Below, one piece after another: positions 34,945 through 47,900 of a DNA stretch of 64,000 nucleotides. Location: assembly GCA_964187785.1 (NCBI GenBank), contig OZ076416.1, positions 54,932,001 through 54,996,000 of the forward strand, read 5' to 3'. The first letter of the stretch is position 1, and the number at the start of each line of letters is the position of its first letter. The DNA is from Amphiscolops sp. MND2022. Taxonomy: Eukaryota. The translations under genes were made by a program, and so were the position numbers. The notes under the pieces were generated by a model that was given only the letters and a program-made list of their open reading frames with translations, made no database searches and was not told where the DNA came from.

Positions 34945-37900
34945 AGACAGGAGAATAAGAATGAGAGAGCGCTGTGATTGGTGCATTGGTGTTTCCAAAC
35001 TAACAAATGTGTTGTCGTCTGGCACATTTTTGCTGGAATCGCTGTTGTATTTCAATGCTGCCTGTTTTGTGCCAGAGCTTACCTTTTGATTAGAATTGAT
35101 TTGCTTACTCCGCTCCTCAGGTGCGTGTAAACGCTGGCTGCAATGCTCGCTCCCACAGATCAGTCGAGTTAGATATTATAACTAGTTATAACAAGGAGAA
35201 GAGCAAATAGCCAAGATACCCTAACTGATTGATCGCTATCATTTCTTCACCAAATTCGAGAATTCCAGCGCAGTCCTTTCCAACAAACTTTCCTCAGAGT
35301 GTTTTGTCTTTGTTTATCCTTTCGGTTATTTATTCATGACTAAGTCTTATTTACAGCTTACCCTATCAATAGGCAGAACCCAATAATACTTCGGTGGGTT
35401 TCAAATTTGATGACAAAAACATCATGTCGATACCAATGAAGTGTTGTACAAATAAAAGAATAAATGGACTAAATGATCATGCAACAGATTGCTTATTTGA
35501 TCGTTCAAGAATTTGGACCTGAAATACTTTATTAAAGCACAGCGAAAATGGATAATTTGCTGATAGTTAAAATTTGATTTTTTTTCAAGAATACGAGAAA
35601 AATCAAATTGAACGCGTTCTACAGTATTTCGATTAAAATCAGTAGAAATACTTTAGAGGAAAAAGTGCGTTTTTTGTTCATTTTCAAAGAAGAACCAGTT
35701 TGAGTAGGGACTCACATTTTTTGCCAATGATTTCAGGAAACTGAAAACTAATCATTTTTCTAAAATTTTAATCTTCATTTCAAAAAATGAAACTCAAACT
35801 ACTGAAGCATATGTGCTTTATTCATCTATTATTTTAATTTTTTTAGAATCCTAACTTTTCTTCCAATAATCTGTATACAACATAGATGCATGTACATGTA
35901 CAACACTTGCTGATAGTAGGTAGACGCGGTAATCGCCTTGTTCTAGCACGGGGATGGTAACCCTGGAGGTATTAATGGTTCCTTGAACTCGGAACATACA
36001 GACGTGAGAACAGCATAAAACGTAACCAAATTTTTGAAACTTCAAAAAGGGTAACCGTTGCATACATCAAACGGGTACATCCGACACCTAGACACCTAAC
36101 GACAGGTACTCGCCCGAGGAACCACATCACATAACGGCACTTTATTGATTGGTGGAACCCTTGTGAAAAGAAAGAACCCCCGAGGGTAAAGCAACTTGGA
36201 CCCGAACAGAAAAAGTGTCATCAAAGTTGACGACCAAGTTGCAAGATCTGGGAGACACTAGTTGCGAAGAAACCTTTCAGCGGTAATCTACTTCTAAAAA
36301 ATCATTCTGCACATATACCTCACTAATTACGGCCAGTAAGAAGGGAGGATTACCCAGAAGGTTTGATATTTTGGTTATATATAACGTACTTGATAGGATA
36401 ATTAGACGATTTTCTCAAGTACCGCTTCTCGGCTACTTCGGGTTTTTGCGAGCAACAAGCGAAATGCAAAGAAGTAACAAAATCTGATAACTTTGATTGC
36501 TTAACGGATCCATCTGCCCTACTTTAATTCGTTTATCGCCACCAACTGCGTTTCAGCCTGAGTACAACAACAAGAATTAGAATAGGAAAAAGCACTATCA
36601 TCAGTTAGAAGAGATACTACAATCTGAAATCTGATCGCGAACTCCTTCAGAATCCGGGAAAGGAGAGTTTTGAAAATTGTCCCAAAAAGTTTGTACCCCA
36701 TAGCTAACGTTTTACCAATATAACATTTCACCGATATACCGTTTTCCAATATACTTGGGAAAACAAGTCCCCAAGTTTCATCGTTAGTCGTTATATTTAA
36801 AATACCATGTCGGTGTTTTCCTTCATTTGCCATTGTACAATGTAAACGTGACAAGCAACACGTACTATCATCAAGAGAAGAAACAAAATTGCGCCAACAA
36901 TATTCAACAGTATTACCGATTTCAGAATAGTGACAATAGTGTTGGTTATTGAAGTATAGCGATAAATGGAATCGTTGTATATGAAAGGAATACCATGGTA
37001 TATTAATGTAACAACACGTTGGTACTGTCTTTATTTTCATCTTCATCTTTTATCCTAGCTGCTTTGGTCTGCGGCGTTTGTTGTTGCTGTTTTCCCTCCT
37101 TTTTGCACAACATCCCTGTGCTCATTTCTGGAAAAGAACCCTGGCTACGACGATATTATCCTTACACCTTTACGCCTCTCCTCTTTCCTTTGTTTTCTCT
37201 TGTGAAATGACGTCATGATAAATCCAGCGTGGAAAGATAAGGATGATAAACGAGAGCCAACCGATAAAACAACACCACTGACTGTCGCTGTTGCTGTTGG
37301 CTCTTGCAAAGCCCAGACTGAATTGTATAAAATTCTTCATTCTTTGCAATGATTCTTCACACTTGAACTGTTCATTTACTAAGCAAGTTTTCTTTATCCG
37401 GCAAGCCAGCTGCGGGTTGCAATGTTAATTACATCAGCCGAAATGGAGGGAAAATTACATCAGTGCTTTAACCCCGCGCGGACGCCACCGGAAAACCCTT
37501 AGCATTTTATTCCACCACTGAAAACAAAACAATGCAGCACGCAAGTGGAATCATTCAACTGTCGATTCCTGTTACGAAAAAAGGGGGAAAACATCAGAAA
37601 AAACAACAAAAATATATCTGAAGAACATTTCGACAGGATTTTCACCGCCCAACACACTATTTGACACCCAACTCTTACCATTGATTGGGTCACCCAAAAA
37701 ATTCCCAGTGACCTAACATTCCTATCATCATTCTTACCATTGTGTCCTTAGCACTGTTACCATTGGGTGACCCAGCATTGCTAGCATCTTACCATCGTCA
37801 CCATCAGCTACGGTGGTCTTCTGTTAAGTGGAAAACCAACCCGGAGTTGCTGCAGTTGTGGTTGCTTAGCAAGCATGAGCCCGTTGCCACCACCATTCCA

Positions 37901-38914
37901 TGTCAACAATATTTCCTTCCCTCTTATCGCAATATTTATTATCATTCACGCAACATCACGGTAAGTAGAATTTGTTTATTTATCACAGCCACGCCGCCAA
38001 ATCAACAATTCGTCCAGTCGGGTGTATCCGCGTGTGAACAAACCAACAATAAAAAATCTGATAATTTTCAAAATTCCACGGCAGGGATAGACTATTCAGC
38101 AAGTTATTCGGCAAATGGTTCAACATATAGTTGAAAAATCCATCCATCAAAAACCTTATGGCTAAATTTATCAAGTTTCTAACAACTTGTATTCACTGAA
38201 GCGAGCCGGAAAATACCAGCAAGGCGGGAATGGCAGAAGTTGGCGCCCCTTCTAGGTCCAAAATGCACAAAGGACTTCGAATCGTTTAGGAACTGTTTAT
38301 GGAAAAAACTCAAAATCTAACAGCCGCAAAAATATACGGAAGGAGGACCTTTTGGTCTTGAATTTTCTTCTGAATGAAAAACCAAAGCCAGAACCCTTTT
38401 GCGGAATGAGATTTTCAAAAAAAAGTCGCACATTTTGAACAGAATAAAACCTACTTCCATAAAACAAAAAGGAGACCCTTTATGAAAAAACCTCAAAAAC
38501 AGTCGTACAGTGGCGAAAAACCTATATATAGCTTTGTGGGCCAAATGGAATTGTCAGATGAAGAGAAAAGAAAACAAGATTTTTGGAAGTTAAAAACTGA
38601 AGAGGACAGAATTCATCAACAAAATTCAAGGAAATTAGATATCAAAATAGGTATCATGATTGAGATTCATGCTGAAACATAATCGACTGCCATTCATTTT
38701 TCATTTCAAGAGGAATTATCGATAATTAACTCAAAAAGAACAAATATAGATAAACCTGCCTCGTTATCCAAGATTTAGTCAATTATTTTTTGCGATAGCA
38801 TCTTTCATGCCAATCATAGCCTTTGCAAGCCTAAAAACCGAGCGAGCGGAGAAAACCCAGAACATTATAGAAGCGCCTTCTATAGTCAAAGTAGACAATT
38901 ATTTGGATCAGAAA

Positions 38915-39257
38915 CAGAGTTTTGACACCGCTAATCAGCGATTTAGCGAATTAGCGGCCGCGCAGAATTTTTCAGCGATTTTATTAGCGGCAACTAAAAG
39001 GATGTCGAAAATCAAAATTTCCTCAGAAAATACACGAGTTTCAAAATGAATTTCAAAAAATTCCAACTTTTACACTTGTAAAACTCACACAGTATGAAAA
39101 AATCTTATTTTTTATGCAAAAATTGATCATAGTTATTTTAAAACATACTTGAAGTTGAACATTTATAGTTTAATTTTGAAATTTTTCAGCGAAATAGCGA
39201 TTTTAAAATTAGCGGTTTAGCGATCAGCGAAAAAAAATTAGCGATGTCAAAACCCTG
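38915..39257. mobile_element. hAT MITE, 343 bp
   Basis: TIRs CAGAGTTTTGACACCGCTAAT / rc CAGGGTTTTGACATCGCTAAT; perfect 8-bp TSD ATCAGAAA (38907-38914, 39258-39265); many (T/C)AGCG sub-terminal motifs. Confidence 0.92.
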
Positions 39258-40203
39258 ATCAGAAACAACTCAGTTCAGCAGTCTGCTTCACTCCATCCGA
39301 AACATGAGAAGAGATTCATCTGTTAGCGCTCTGGATAATTTCCGTTTGGGCTGTTATATGTGCCACAATCGTACCAAGGTGATAGGGTTTCCTCCACAGA
39401 ATTCAAGTACAATTAACTTAGTTTGGTGGGATGTGTGGGACTTTTCGAGATGAAAACACTTCGACACAACAGCTTGATAACAATATCAATTAGGAACCAC
39501 GTTCACGGTTACTTGCTGAAAGAGAAAACCCTGTCGAATAGAAGGCTATTTAGATCGTCAAAAATGAAAAAGTGACATTTATCAGAGTAAACACAGAGAG
39601 CGTTTTTAACCAGAGCTAGATAAAATGAAGCTCACTTATTGGTGTCCGTTTGAATCAGCGCCAAACGACACGTCAAAGTGGTTGTGATGAAGCATAATAG
39701 CTAAATCATAAATCGGGATTCGCTCCAAGGGATTCGTTTCCATTGTTTATTGAAAAGGAGACAGAAACGGCCGGCGTCGGGAACCCGCACAAGGTTCACA
39801 AAAACCAAGTTTTTTAAATATACAAAAAGACACTATTGCCAAAACTTTTTCCCAACTGGAAACATCAAAAACTGAAATTATATTACTTAAAATTTTTCGG
39901 AAAATTTCTTTCTTCTGAGAAAAGTCCCACAAGGCCGAACAAAGAACTTCATGTCCGCCAAACACTTTTTTACGCCGAAAACATTCATGAAAGTGAAGGG
40001 GATATCACTTGTGCAAAATCAAAACTTTTCGATGTCGAACAGTGCCGTAATCCATAGGTCATTTCCAAATTATTGAAAAAACTCTTTTAGGTTTCTTAGA
40101 AAGTGCCTAATTAATTTGTCTGAAGATGAAAAACGCAGTTAAGACAAAGTTTGAATGAAGCAGCTGTATTATTCAGATCAACACAACAAAACTAAACGAG
40201 CTG

Positions 40204-40487
40204 AACAAGTTTACATAATCTAGTAGCTTGCATGAGAAGTCAACACGGCTTCTTCCTCCAAGACGGAAACCACATGTAACATGTTGGAATGAAGGCTGTG
40301 TGATCATCGGTTTACACTAGCTTACAACTGCCATTTTAAAGATAAAAAGAAATTTTACCAAACGAAAAATTGAAAAAATTCAAAAGGTTTAGGGTTTGTT
40401 GTCGTCGACATCTGCTGCGCTTCGGCTCTGTATCTGCTGGTTCAATTATCCTTACTACTAGTTGTTGAAAAAGTTCTGGAGCATGCA
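40204..40487 (-). repeat. Putative 3' LTR (inner boundary approximate)
   Basis: Diverged direct repeat of 45915-46207; shares e.g. GGAATGAAGGCTGTGTGATCATCGGTTTACACTAGCTTACAACTGC. No clear PPT. Confidence 0.7.
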
Positions 40488-41437
40488 CAAAACCACGTTG
40501 TTAGTGATACGCAATTGGAATGACACCATGCAATTTTGTTGTTGTTGTTGTTGCAACATTTGATCATTTCCCAGTTGTATGGTTGTTGGCAAAAGCAAGA
40601 AACTCCTGTGCGTATTGTGGGTGACTGCAGGGGATGATGCTTATTAGTTTATCGACCAAATGATATTGTGCATAGTTTGAGGCGTTGAATGCTGACGATG
40701 ATATGGTCGTTCTTTTCTTGATTGTTCCTGTAGATAATCCTCCGTTAATTTCGATAAGCTCGTGAGGTCCAGTGTAAGGTGCTTCCAATGGTAGCTTTAC
40801 TCGATTGGCAAGGAAAATGCAGTTATAGAGTGCATTTGGGAAAACGGTCTTCAGTGTTGAATGTTGTCTGATATATTTTAAGAAAGCTAGCTGTTCGAGG
40901 TTATGCTGAAGTTTGTTGATGAAGACGAGAGGGATGGGCGCTGACTCTGCTTTGAGGGTTCATTTTTTGCCATTCCAACGCTGCTTGGAGGATGAAACGC
41001 TCAATTTTTCCATCGCTCTGTGGGTGATATTAAATAGTACGGAGTTTGCCAAATCTTGGTGATTGAGAAAGTTGTGCAAAAAAATAACTTTCAAACTGGG
41101 TTCCACGGCCAATCGTGATGTACAATGGTACGTTGAACCGCGAAAACCAGCTTGTAAGAAAAGCATGGCAAACTTCTTCGGCAATGATGGAATGTATTGG
41201 GTGGGCTTTAAACAAATATGTGCTGCGGAAGATGAAGGTAACGAGGTATCGGAATGGCGAATTGTTGATGACAGGTAGTGGTCCTACAATATTCATACGA
41301 ACGTGGGTAAAACGGGCGACGGCTTCATTGACTTGACGTGTTGGAGGATGTATATGGCGAGTGACTTCCATGTGTTGGCACCATTCTGTATTACGGCGTT
41401 GGGCGTTTGGCCATGTGAAGCAGGCGAGGATCATAAG

Positions 41438-42284
41438 CAGGGTTGAGTTTTAATCGGATTAAAAGTTTAAAAAAAATCATATACTCGGATTTTTTTTTAT
41501 TATAATCAAGATTTTTGATTACAATCACGATTTTTTTCTTCAAATTTTAGATAGGCCACGTCTGACGGAATTCACAATTCGTAATAAATCTGAACAAATA
41601 TTAAATGACTAATTTAAAACAAAATGGAATGTTTTAAAATGTAAATCATCTTGAAGGATTTATGCTCAACGTGCAGGAATGGCGTGTTGGTGGCTAGGAA
41701 GTATTTAGTCACCAAAATGTCTAGCTGATGTTGGTCATGACGTGTAGTACTTGAGATGAAGTTGGCCATTTTTTGTTGTTTAGCGGGTGTTGGACCACTC
41801 TGAGTGACTCCGGATGTCACACTGCTGGTTGTTGACTCCTGCTGGACCCCGACGGCTGCGCCACGTGACAGCTCCTCTGCATCTGAATGGCAAAGTGCAC
41901 GATTATTCTACATGCGGCTGCATGAATCCCTTGCATTCCCGCATTGCATTTCTTACATATCGCCCAATGACCACTGTTGTTTTCCTTGTGCGTCTTGTGA
42001 AAGTGCTCCCACAATGGGCTCACTTTTCTGCCCGCCGGCGCCATTTCGCATACTAGAATTAACAGAGCATTTTAACTTTGGCAGCAGCAGACATCAAATT
42101 GTATACCATGATACCCTCAGCCTAATAAAACAAACAAGAGTACAAATTCAATTCCACTTGCTTTAGGTGGTACAAAGGACAACGATATTTACATAGTAAA
42201 AGCACAACCTCAAAGCGCCAGCAGCGTGTGAATTTTATTCAAGATTGTTGATTGAAATGCTGTGATTATAATCGCCCAACCCTG
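41438..42284 (-). mobile_element. Internally deleted hAT element (847 bp) retaining a BED zinc finger and N-terminal region; inserted in the Gypsy integrase
   Basis: TIR CAGGGTTG at both ends; TSD ATCATAAG / ATCATAGG; SPLWEHF...WAICKKC BED finger then (frameshift) LVTKYFLATNTPFLHVEHKSF. Removing it restores the integrase frame FHNLRHSNWKSTSPMILACFTWP. Confidence 0.92.
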
Positions 42285-43825
42285 ATCATAGGTGACGTTG
42301 ATTTCCAGTTGCTGTGACGAAGGTTGTGAAATTGCGTGAATATTAGATAACAGCATTGTTCGGCAGGATGGCGCACGGAGTATTGCTAGTATCAGAACTG
42401 AGAGTCGAGGTTTCGATGCTGATCATCTGTGTTCCATGTTGGTATTGTTCTGACATCTGCTGTTGGAATAAAGTGTCTTGGAAGCTGGCAGTTGGTGGTA
42501 GAACTCCGTTTTCGATGAAAACTGTTGACGTTGATGCTGGAATGATTGATGCGTCGTCGGTTGGTGGTCGATAAAGGCAATCGGATACAATATTCGTTGA
42601 TCCTGAGATATTTTGAATTTCGTCGATGTATTCAGATAGTAGAGAAAAATGTCGAGACTGCTGAGGGTTGAGGTTTTGTTCTGATTTGGTTGAAATGAAC
42701 TGGTGATTGCTCTGTGGTCTATGAAAACAACGAATGGTGTCCTTCAAATTCATGTTTGAACTTTATTGTTGCTGCGAAGATACTGAGGAGTACATTATAA
42801 AATGCACTTTAATTTCTTTCAGTGGCAGTGAGTCGGCGACAGCAAAATGCATTAGGGCGGCTACTGTTGTCTGTTATCTCGTGTAAGCCTGCTGCCATGG
42901 CTGTATCAGAGGCACCTGTTGTGAGGGAGAGTGTTGAGTTTTCTGTGAGATGATGAGGAAGTGTTGCAATAGCGAGTGCGGTCCTCAACGTGGTGAACGC
43001 GATGCGGTGTTCTTCTAAAATGGGTAAAGTCTATGGGGCGGTGGTTCTAAAATGAAAGGTATCGCTGCAGGTTGTTGTTGGTTGTTCTGCTTTCGGCGGA
43101 ACAATTGTTTCAGCTGGGCTTAGTATAGTAGATGTTATAGTGTTCAATTTTCAACTATATGGGCGTTGTGTGGGATATGTTGTCGATAAAATGAAAACAT
43201 TCCCATATAACGTCGAAATTCTTTGTAATCTGTCGGTTCTGGTAGTTTTGCGAGGGTTTTGGCCCACTCTATGGTTTGACTTTTTCCGATGTGAGGATGT
43301 AACCTAATAATTCTATTTCTTGTATCTATTTGCATTTTTTGAATTTATTGCGAAGTCCAACTTCTCGATGCGGTTGAAGGGTTCTGCTAGTGCGTTGATG
43401 TGATCAACCAAAGTGCTGCTGGCGACAAGTATATCATCGGCGTAGGCGAACAAATCTGGCAAAACGTTGGTGACTTCATTGTTGAATTTTTGGAAAGTTT
43501 TACCGGCGTTCTAGAGTCCAAAAGGCATGCGAAGAATCCAAAAGGAGTGGTAATGGCTATCTTCTCAATGACGTCGGGGTGCATGGGAAATTGATGGTAC
43601 GTTTTAATAAAGTCCAGTTTGGGGAAGTCGTGGAGCGCGAACGATGAAAGCTGTGATAGTGAGCAAGAACAGCGAACTGTAAACTGGTTGAGGAAGTATC
43701 AACTGCGCGGTAGTCTCCACACGGTCTCCAGTTACGAGTCTCCTTCGGTACCATATGTAGGGGTGATGCGTACGCGGTTTTCGATAGTCGGATGAATTCT
43801 GTTCCATTATATTTCACATTGAGAG

Positions 43826-44290
43826 CCGTGTTGGTTTAAGGTGAACCCAGCGGTCACGGGTTCGAGTCCTTGCTTTAACCAGAAACTTTTTCGAGCAATT
43901 TTTTTCGGCACTGTGCGACTTTTTCAATTTTTTTTCGGCACTGTGCGATTTTTTTTTCGAAATTTTTTTTTTGTCGCCAAAGGTCCCCCTTCAAGTTTTT
44001 TGATATTTTGCAGCAAACTGAAGTTTCAAAAAGCCCAAAGGGTCCCCCCTTTCTAGTTTTTCGGCACTGAGACTTTTTCAAAAATCTCAATTTTCGTTTT
44101 TCGAAAATTTTTCCAGAAAATTGTTATATTTTTTAAATGTCCCAAAAGGGTCCCCCTCAACATTTTTGAAATTTTGCAACAGACTGGATTTTCAAAAAGT
44201 CGAAAAGGTCCCCCTTTAACAAATTTCAAAAAAAATGCGCTTTTTTGAGACTTAGATATAGCGCCGACTTCAAACTTTCCCGTCTTGGTT
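43826..44290 (+). mobile_element. Family A copy with tRNA-like head, inside the Gypsy element between gag and RT
   Basis: B-box-like GGTTCGAGTCC at 43859, family internal repeats, terminus GCGCCGACTTCAAACTTTCCCGTCTTGGTT. No Gypsy protease is recognisable here. Confidence 0.7.
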
Positions 44291-44559
44291 TCCTGTGCAG
44301 CGGGTGACGGTGCGCGAGATGACGGTGTTATGTGTGTGCGCCTTGGTCCAGGCCATTTACACCAGGGATTACAGTGTTTTGCGGAGTTAGCGAATGAAAC
44401 AAAAACAAGTGAAAGCGGTATATTTTCGGTCGTTGTCCGGGTTAAAATGACTGGATACTGTTGGGTTGTGCTGTTTCTTTGCTTTCGGCTGTGGCTGGCG
44501 TGGACGATGATTGATGTGGCATAAACGTGCTTGTGGATTGTGTATCGCCTCCTCGTGGC

Positions 44560-45240
44560 ACAATTGGGAACGCGCAAGCGGCAAAGATACATAACGGGGT
44601 GCAGAAAAAGGGGGACAAAAGCAGAGGAGATGAAGCCGATGTCTACCCACCTCCACCTGTCAAAGGGAGAAAGGCCCAATCGACCTGATCTCCCCAAAAT
44701 CAACAAAGGCTATTACCCTCGTGCAAAAACCCTGCCCGAAAACCGCATCTGCTGCAGGGCCACCTTTGGATGGCTACAAAGCCTCGAGAACTACCCCCAA
44801 AAGAAAGGCACGAGAAGCACTTGAAAGTTTTATTGGGCGCAGATAATCAATGAAATGGGCGTGAATTGGAACGAAGTGAGCGATTTGGCCAGTTACTGGA
44901 AAAAAGGAAGGAGTTAACGACAGCAAGAATGACACACCTGGAGCAGTGGGAACGTAACTTGGGCAACAAACAGACTTCAAACAACATGACACGAAATTGC
45001 CCCATCACAAAATGACCCCTACACTGCGCAACTTGCAGTAGCGACTTCAAATCATCAGCGGGTCTCACACTACACAAAAAACACACAACAAATCGAAAAT
45101 CTCATTCGAAAGCAAGAAGTGCAAATCCTCGTTCTTCACAGCTGCAGCCAAGAGGAATCACGAGAAAAAGTGTCGAAAGGAAAATCCTAATGATCCGCCA
45201 TCCCCAGCCAAGCACTACAGAGCGTCCTACAAAGATGCGG
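44560..45240 (+). mobile_element. 3' fragment of an RTE-like non-LTR retrotransposon inserted in Gypsy gag; boundaries approximate
   Basis: LPENRICCRATFGWL...YWAQIINEMGVNW resembles the RTE post-RT region, followed by zinc-finger-like CATCSSDFKSSAGLTLH and KCKSSFFTAAAKRNHEKKC. Confidence 0.55.
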
Positions 45241-45897
45241 TAGATGGCTATCAGGAACTAATATGGCCCGTCATTTGAGGACAATGCACGAGGAGGACAT
45301 ATCCCACCAAGGGGTTAACGTCTAAGAATAAGTGGACGTGCGCGGTTTCTCCCCATCCAGTCAATTCCAGAGTGATGCTGTGCTTGAGAATGCTGCAGAT
45401 TTCAATTTGAATGAGCAGATTCTTTGCGACGTTTTCTGGGATTGCTTCGAGGAATTTAGTGGTGCCGTTGGTAATTACAGCTAAGAGGAACCGGGATTCC
45501 ATTTGTCGAAACCAAACAAATGGGTTTGTGCGGTAGAATGGAGGTGCATTCGTGATGACTCAATTGACAGGGGCTTGTTAGTTTATGTTAGTTGATGTTG
45601 TAGTGTTGTCTCTGAGTTAGTTGATGTTGTAGTGTTGTCTCCTGATCCAAATCCGATGGTGTTGTGCATTCTGGCATCGATATTTCGTTTTCTGGCGGCT
45701 ATCATGGTTTTGTTATACAATATTCTGGTTTAATTACTGTCTCGACTTCCTTGTGATGTTACTGTTTTTTTCCTTTTTGGCCTTCTTTGTTTTTTTTTTT
45801 TAAAAAAAACTTTCGTTTTTTCAATTACTGGGAAGGAGAAAACAAGTTTTGGGAGACGACGATTCAGATCGAAATTCGTTTTGGGGTCGGTATTTGG

Positions 45898-45915
45898 ACC
45901 ACGTCGGGGTCACCA
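45898..45915 (-). promoter_or_regulatory. Primer-binding site complementary to the tRNA-Trp 3' end
   Basis: TGGTGACCCCGACGTGGT; 17/18 identical to the tRNA-Trp PBS TGGTGACCCCGACGTGAT. Confidence 0.9.
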
Positions 45916-46207
45916 ACAAGTTTAAATAATCTAGTGGTACTAAGCTTGCATGAGAAGTCAACCAACATGGCTTCCTTCCTGCAAGACCGAAACCACAAGT
46001 AACATGTCGGAATGAAGGCTGTGTGATCATCGGTTTACACTAGCTTACAACTGCGATTTTATAGGTATTTTACCAAACAAAAATTTTTTAAAAAAAGGTT
46101 CAAAGGTTTAAGGTTTCTGTTGTCGTCGGGATCGGCTGCGCTTCGGTTCTCTATCTGCAGGTTCAATGATCCTTACTCTTTCAGTTGTTAAAAAAGTTCT
46201 GCAGCTT
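45915..46207 (-). repeat. Putative 5' LTR (outer boundary obscured by an adjoining tRNA-like/family A sequence)
   Basis: Homologous to 40204-40487 and directly abuts the PBS. Confidence 0.75.
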
Positions 46208-47099
46208 GGGTAAACTTGGTCTCCCCTCTACTTTTGTAAGGACAAAAAGTTTTGGTTCAGTGCGAGAATCGAACCCACGTAATCCTCCTGTTTCTCAGAT
46301 CTCGCCACCAAAACAAGAAATCCGCGTTAACTACTTCCTCCATTCTACTGGCCTTGGTCAAACCCAGCCACTGGACTAGTAATGGCACGTCTCTCCGCTG
46401 CTGCATTTACGACACTAGAGGTAGGGGGACATTGCTATTTGCCGATGGTAGTCAAAATTACGTTATAGTATCTTGATCGAACGTGCACAATGGCAAGTAT
46501 TGGCCAATGGCAAGCTTCCGCTGGGAGGAAATTGTATGTTATGCTTAGTGAAACTAATTTCGTTTTTGTTATTTGCTCTCACGCTATTGGCGAATCCACG
46601 GAGCCTAATCACCGTATCAGTAGTTTCTAGCTTGTTCAACTTATCTACTTCTTGCGATCAACAAAAATCTGCAATGAAATAAAACTCACAAAGAGGAGAA
46701 AACCATTTATGCCAAATTTAGTCCAAAGTAAATGTTCTCACTTTTGGTAAACTTTTGCTCAACATTTTTGAGACATTCTAAGTCCAATCCACCCCTGAAT
46801 TTACCGAAGACCCTGATGTTCCGATTCAGAATGAATTGTAAAATCATAGAAAAATGAGCTGTAAAATTAGGCTTTTTCAAAATTCACAACTTAAAGCAAC
46901 CTCATCAAAATTGCAATATTTCCAAATAAAATATATACTGTCAGGTTCGAAATGTTCAGAATTTTTGGCAACATTTTGAAATCAAAAATGCGAGTGGGTC
47001 AACAATTCAAGAAACAGAAAACTGATGCTTTGAGTTCTCGCCCAATAAAATGAGCGCGTGAGACCTTGACTAGCTGCTGAATATTGCTTTCTTTCCGCG

Positions 47100-47900
47100 T
47101 GCTGTTTTTTTCTAGAACCACTACTGTATATTCCGTAGTTGGGAAAACTCCATAATTCAACAGCTATGAGAGACAATAGTGTAGGAAACGTACTGAACCT
47201 TAATTTGTAAAAAAATGAGCCAAAACAAAAAAGGTTCTGATTTTTGCTGTCAACAAGGTTGTTCGAAAAACAAATAAACGTTCTACAGGTTTGTTAGGCA
47301 CTTGAAATGTAGGTTTGCAAATACTGACGAAACCTCCTAATTGCATTTCTCATTGATTGCTTTTTGTACTGAACTGGCATGTGGGACATCATTTTAGCTA
47401 GATTATTTTAGGGGATATCTTGTTACGTGGGACTGTCTTTTTTTTCAAACGTCGTGGACCCTTTTTTATTTTAACTTGTGGATCTCTTTTACTATGCCCC
47501 CCTATATCACTCGTTACATTATGCCCCCCTAGACAAAAAGAATGTTTGTGACTCATTTATATTCATCTCCTTTTGGCTAATCTCTCATGCTATTCTGTCA
47601 ATCAATTGATCTCGTCATAACTATCATAGTGAAAGAGATCCTAAATTGTTTCTCGACAGAATTAATATGAACAGAATTAGCTAATTAAAGCGATTTTATC
47701 TATTATCTTAACCCTTGAATTTGTCTTTACAGTTTCCTAAATTTATGGGTGGAACAGAGATTGAAAGAAATCACCATATAAAATTCTAGCTTTGTTTACA
47801 AGACGTTCAGGTTATTTCTGACTGACAAAGATTCGGGTTTCTTAAACTATTGTATTAGGCAGCACAATAACCAATCGAGGCGGATTTTAATCGGAAGAAC
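47100..47900 (+). repeat. Diverged dispersed duplicate of about 51295-51800
   Basis: Shared blocks CTAGAACCACTACTGTATATTC...CAACAGCTATGAGAGACAATAGTGTAGGAAACG, TTTCTCGACAGAATTAAT and ACTATTGTATTAGGCAG in the same order. Confidence 0.8.

Larger units (their letters stand above)
40204..46207 (-). mobile_element. Decayed Ty3/Gypsy LTR retrotransposon, CsRn1/Kabuki-like, with nested insertions
   Basis: Domain order gag (PPFYRTNPFVWFRQMESRF; degenerate CHCC AKHCNPWC), RT (ASPLHMVPK, WRPCGDYR, YADD at 43444-43433), RNaseH (TGASD; NIVSDCL), integrase (IVGPLP, GRGTQFES, EAPYTGP), flanked by diverged direct repeats. A tRNA-Trp PBS and a CHCC gag are known features of the CsRn1 clade. Confidence 0.9.

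Noticed and set aside
34843-35055. Neuropeptide precursor (PFNPSW-GKRR)
   Set aside because: Single motif, no ATG-led signal peptide in frame, and it lies antisense to a strong + strand acceptor; kept only as part of the unexplained island.
36519-37046. 175-aa minus-strand ORF
   Set aside because: No recognisable domain, no supporting splice pattern, and a composition typical of chance ORFs.
43826-43880. Functional tRNA genes at the B-box-like sites
   Set aside because: No acceptor-stem pairing or cloverleaf could be built by eye; all are embedded in repeats.
46220-46229. Polypurine tract (AGAGGGGAGA on -) next to the LTR
   Set aside because: It adjoins the 5' LTR rather than the 3' LTR and falls in the neighbouring tRNA-like/family A-type sequence.
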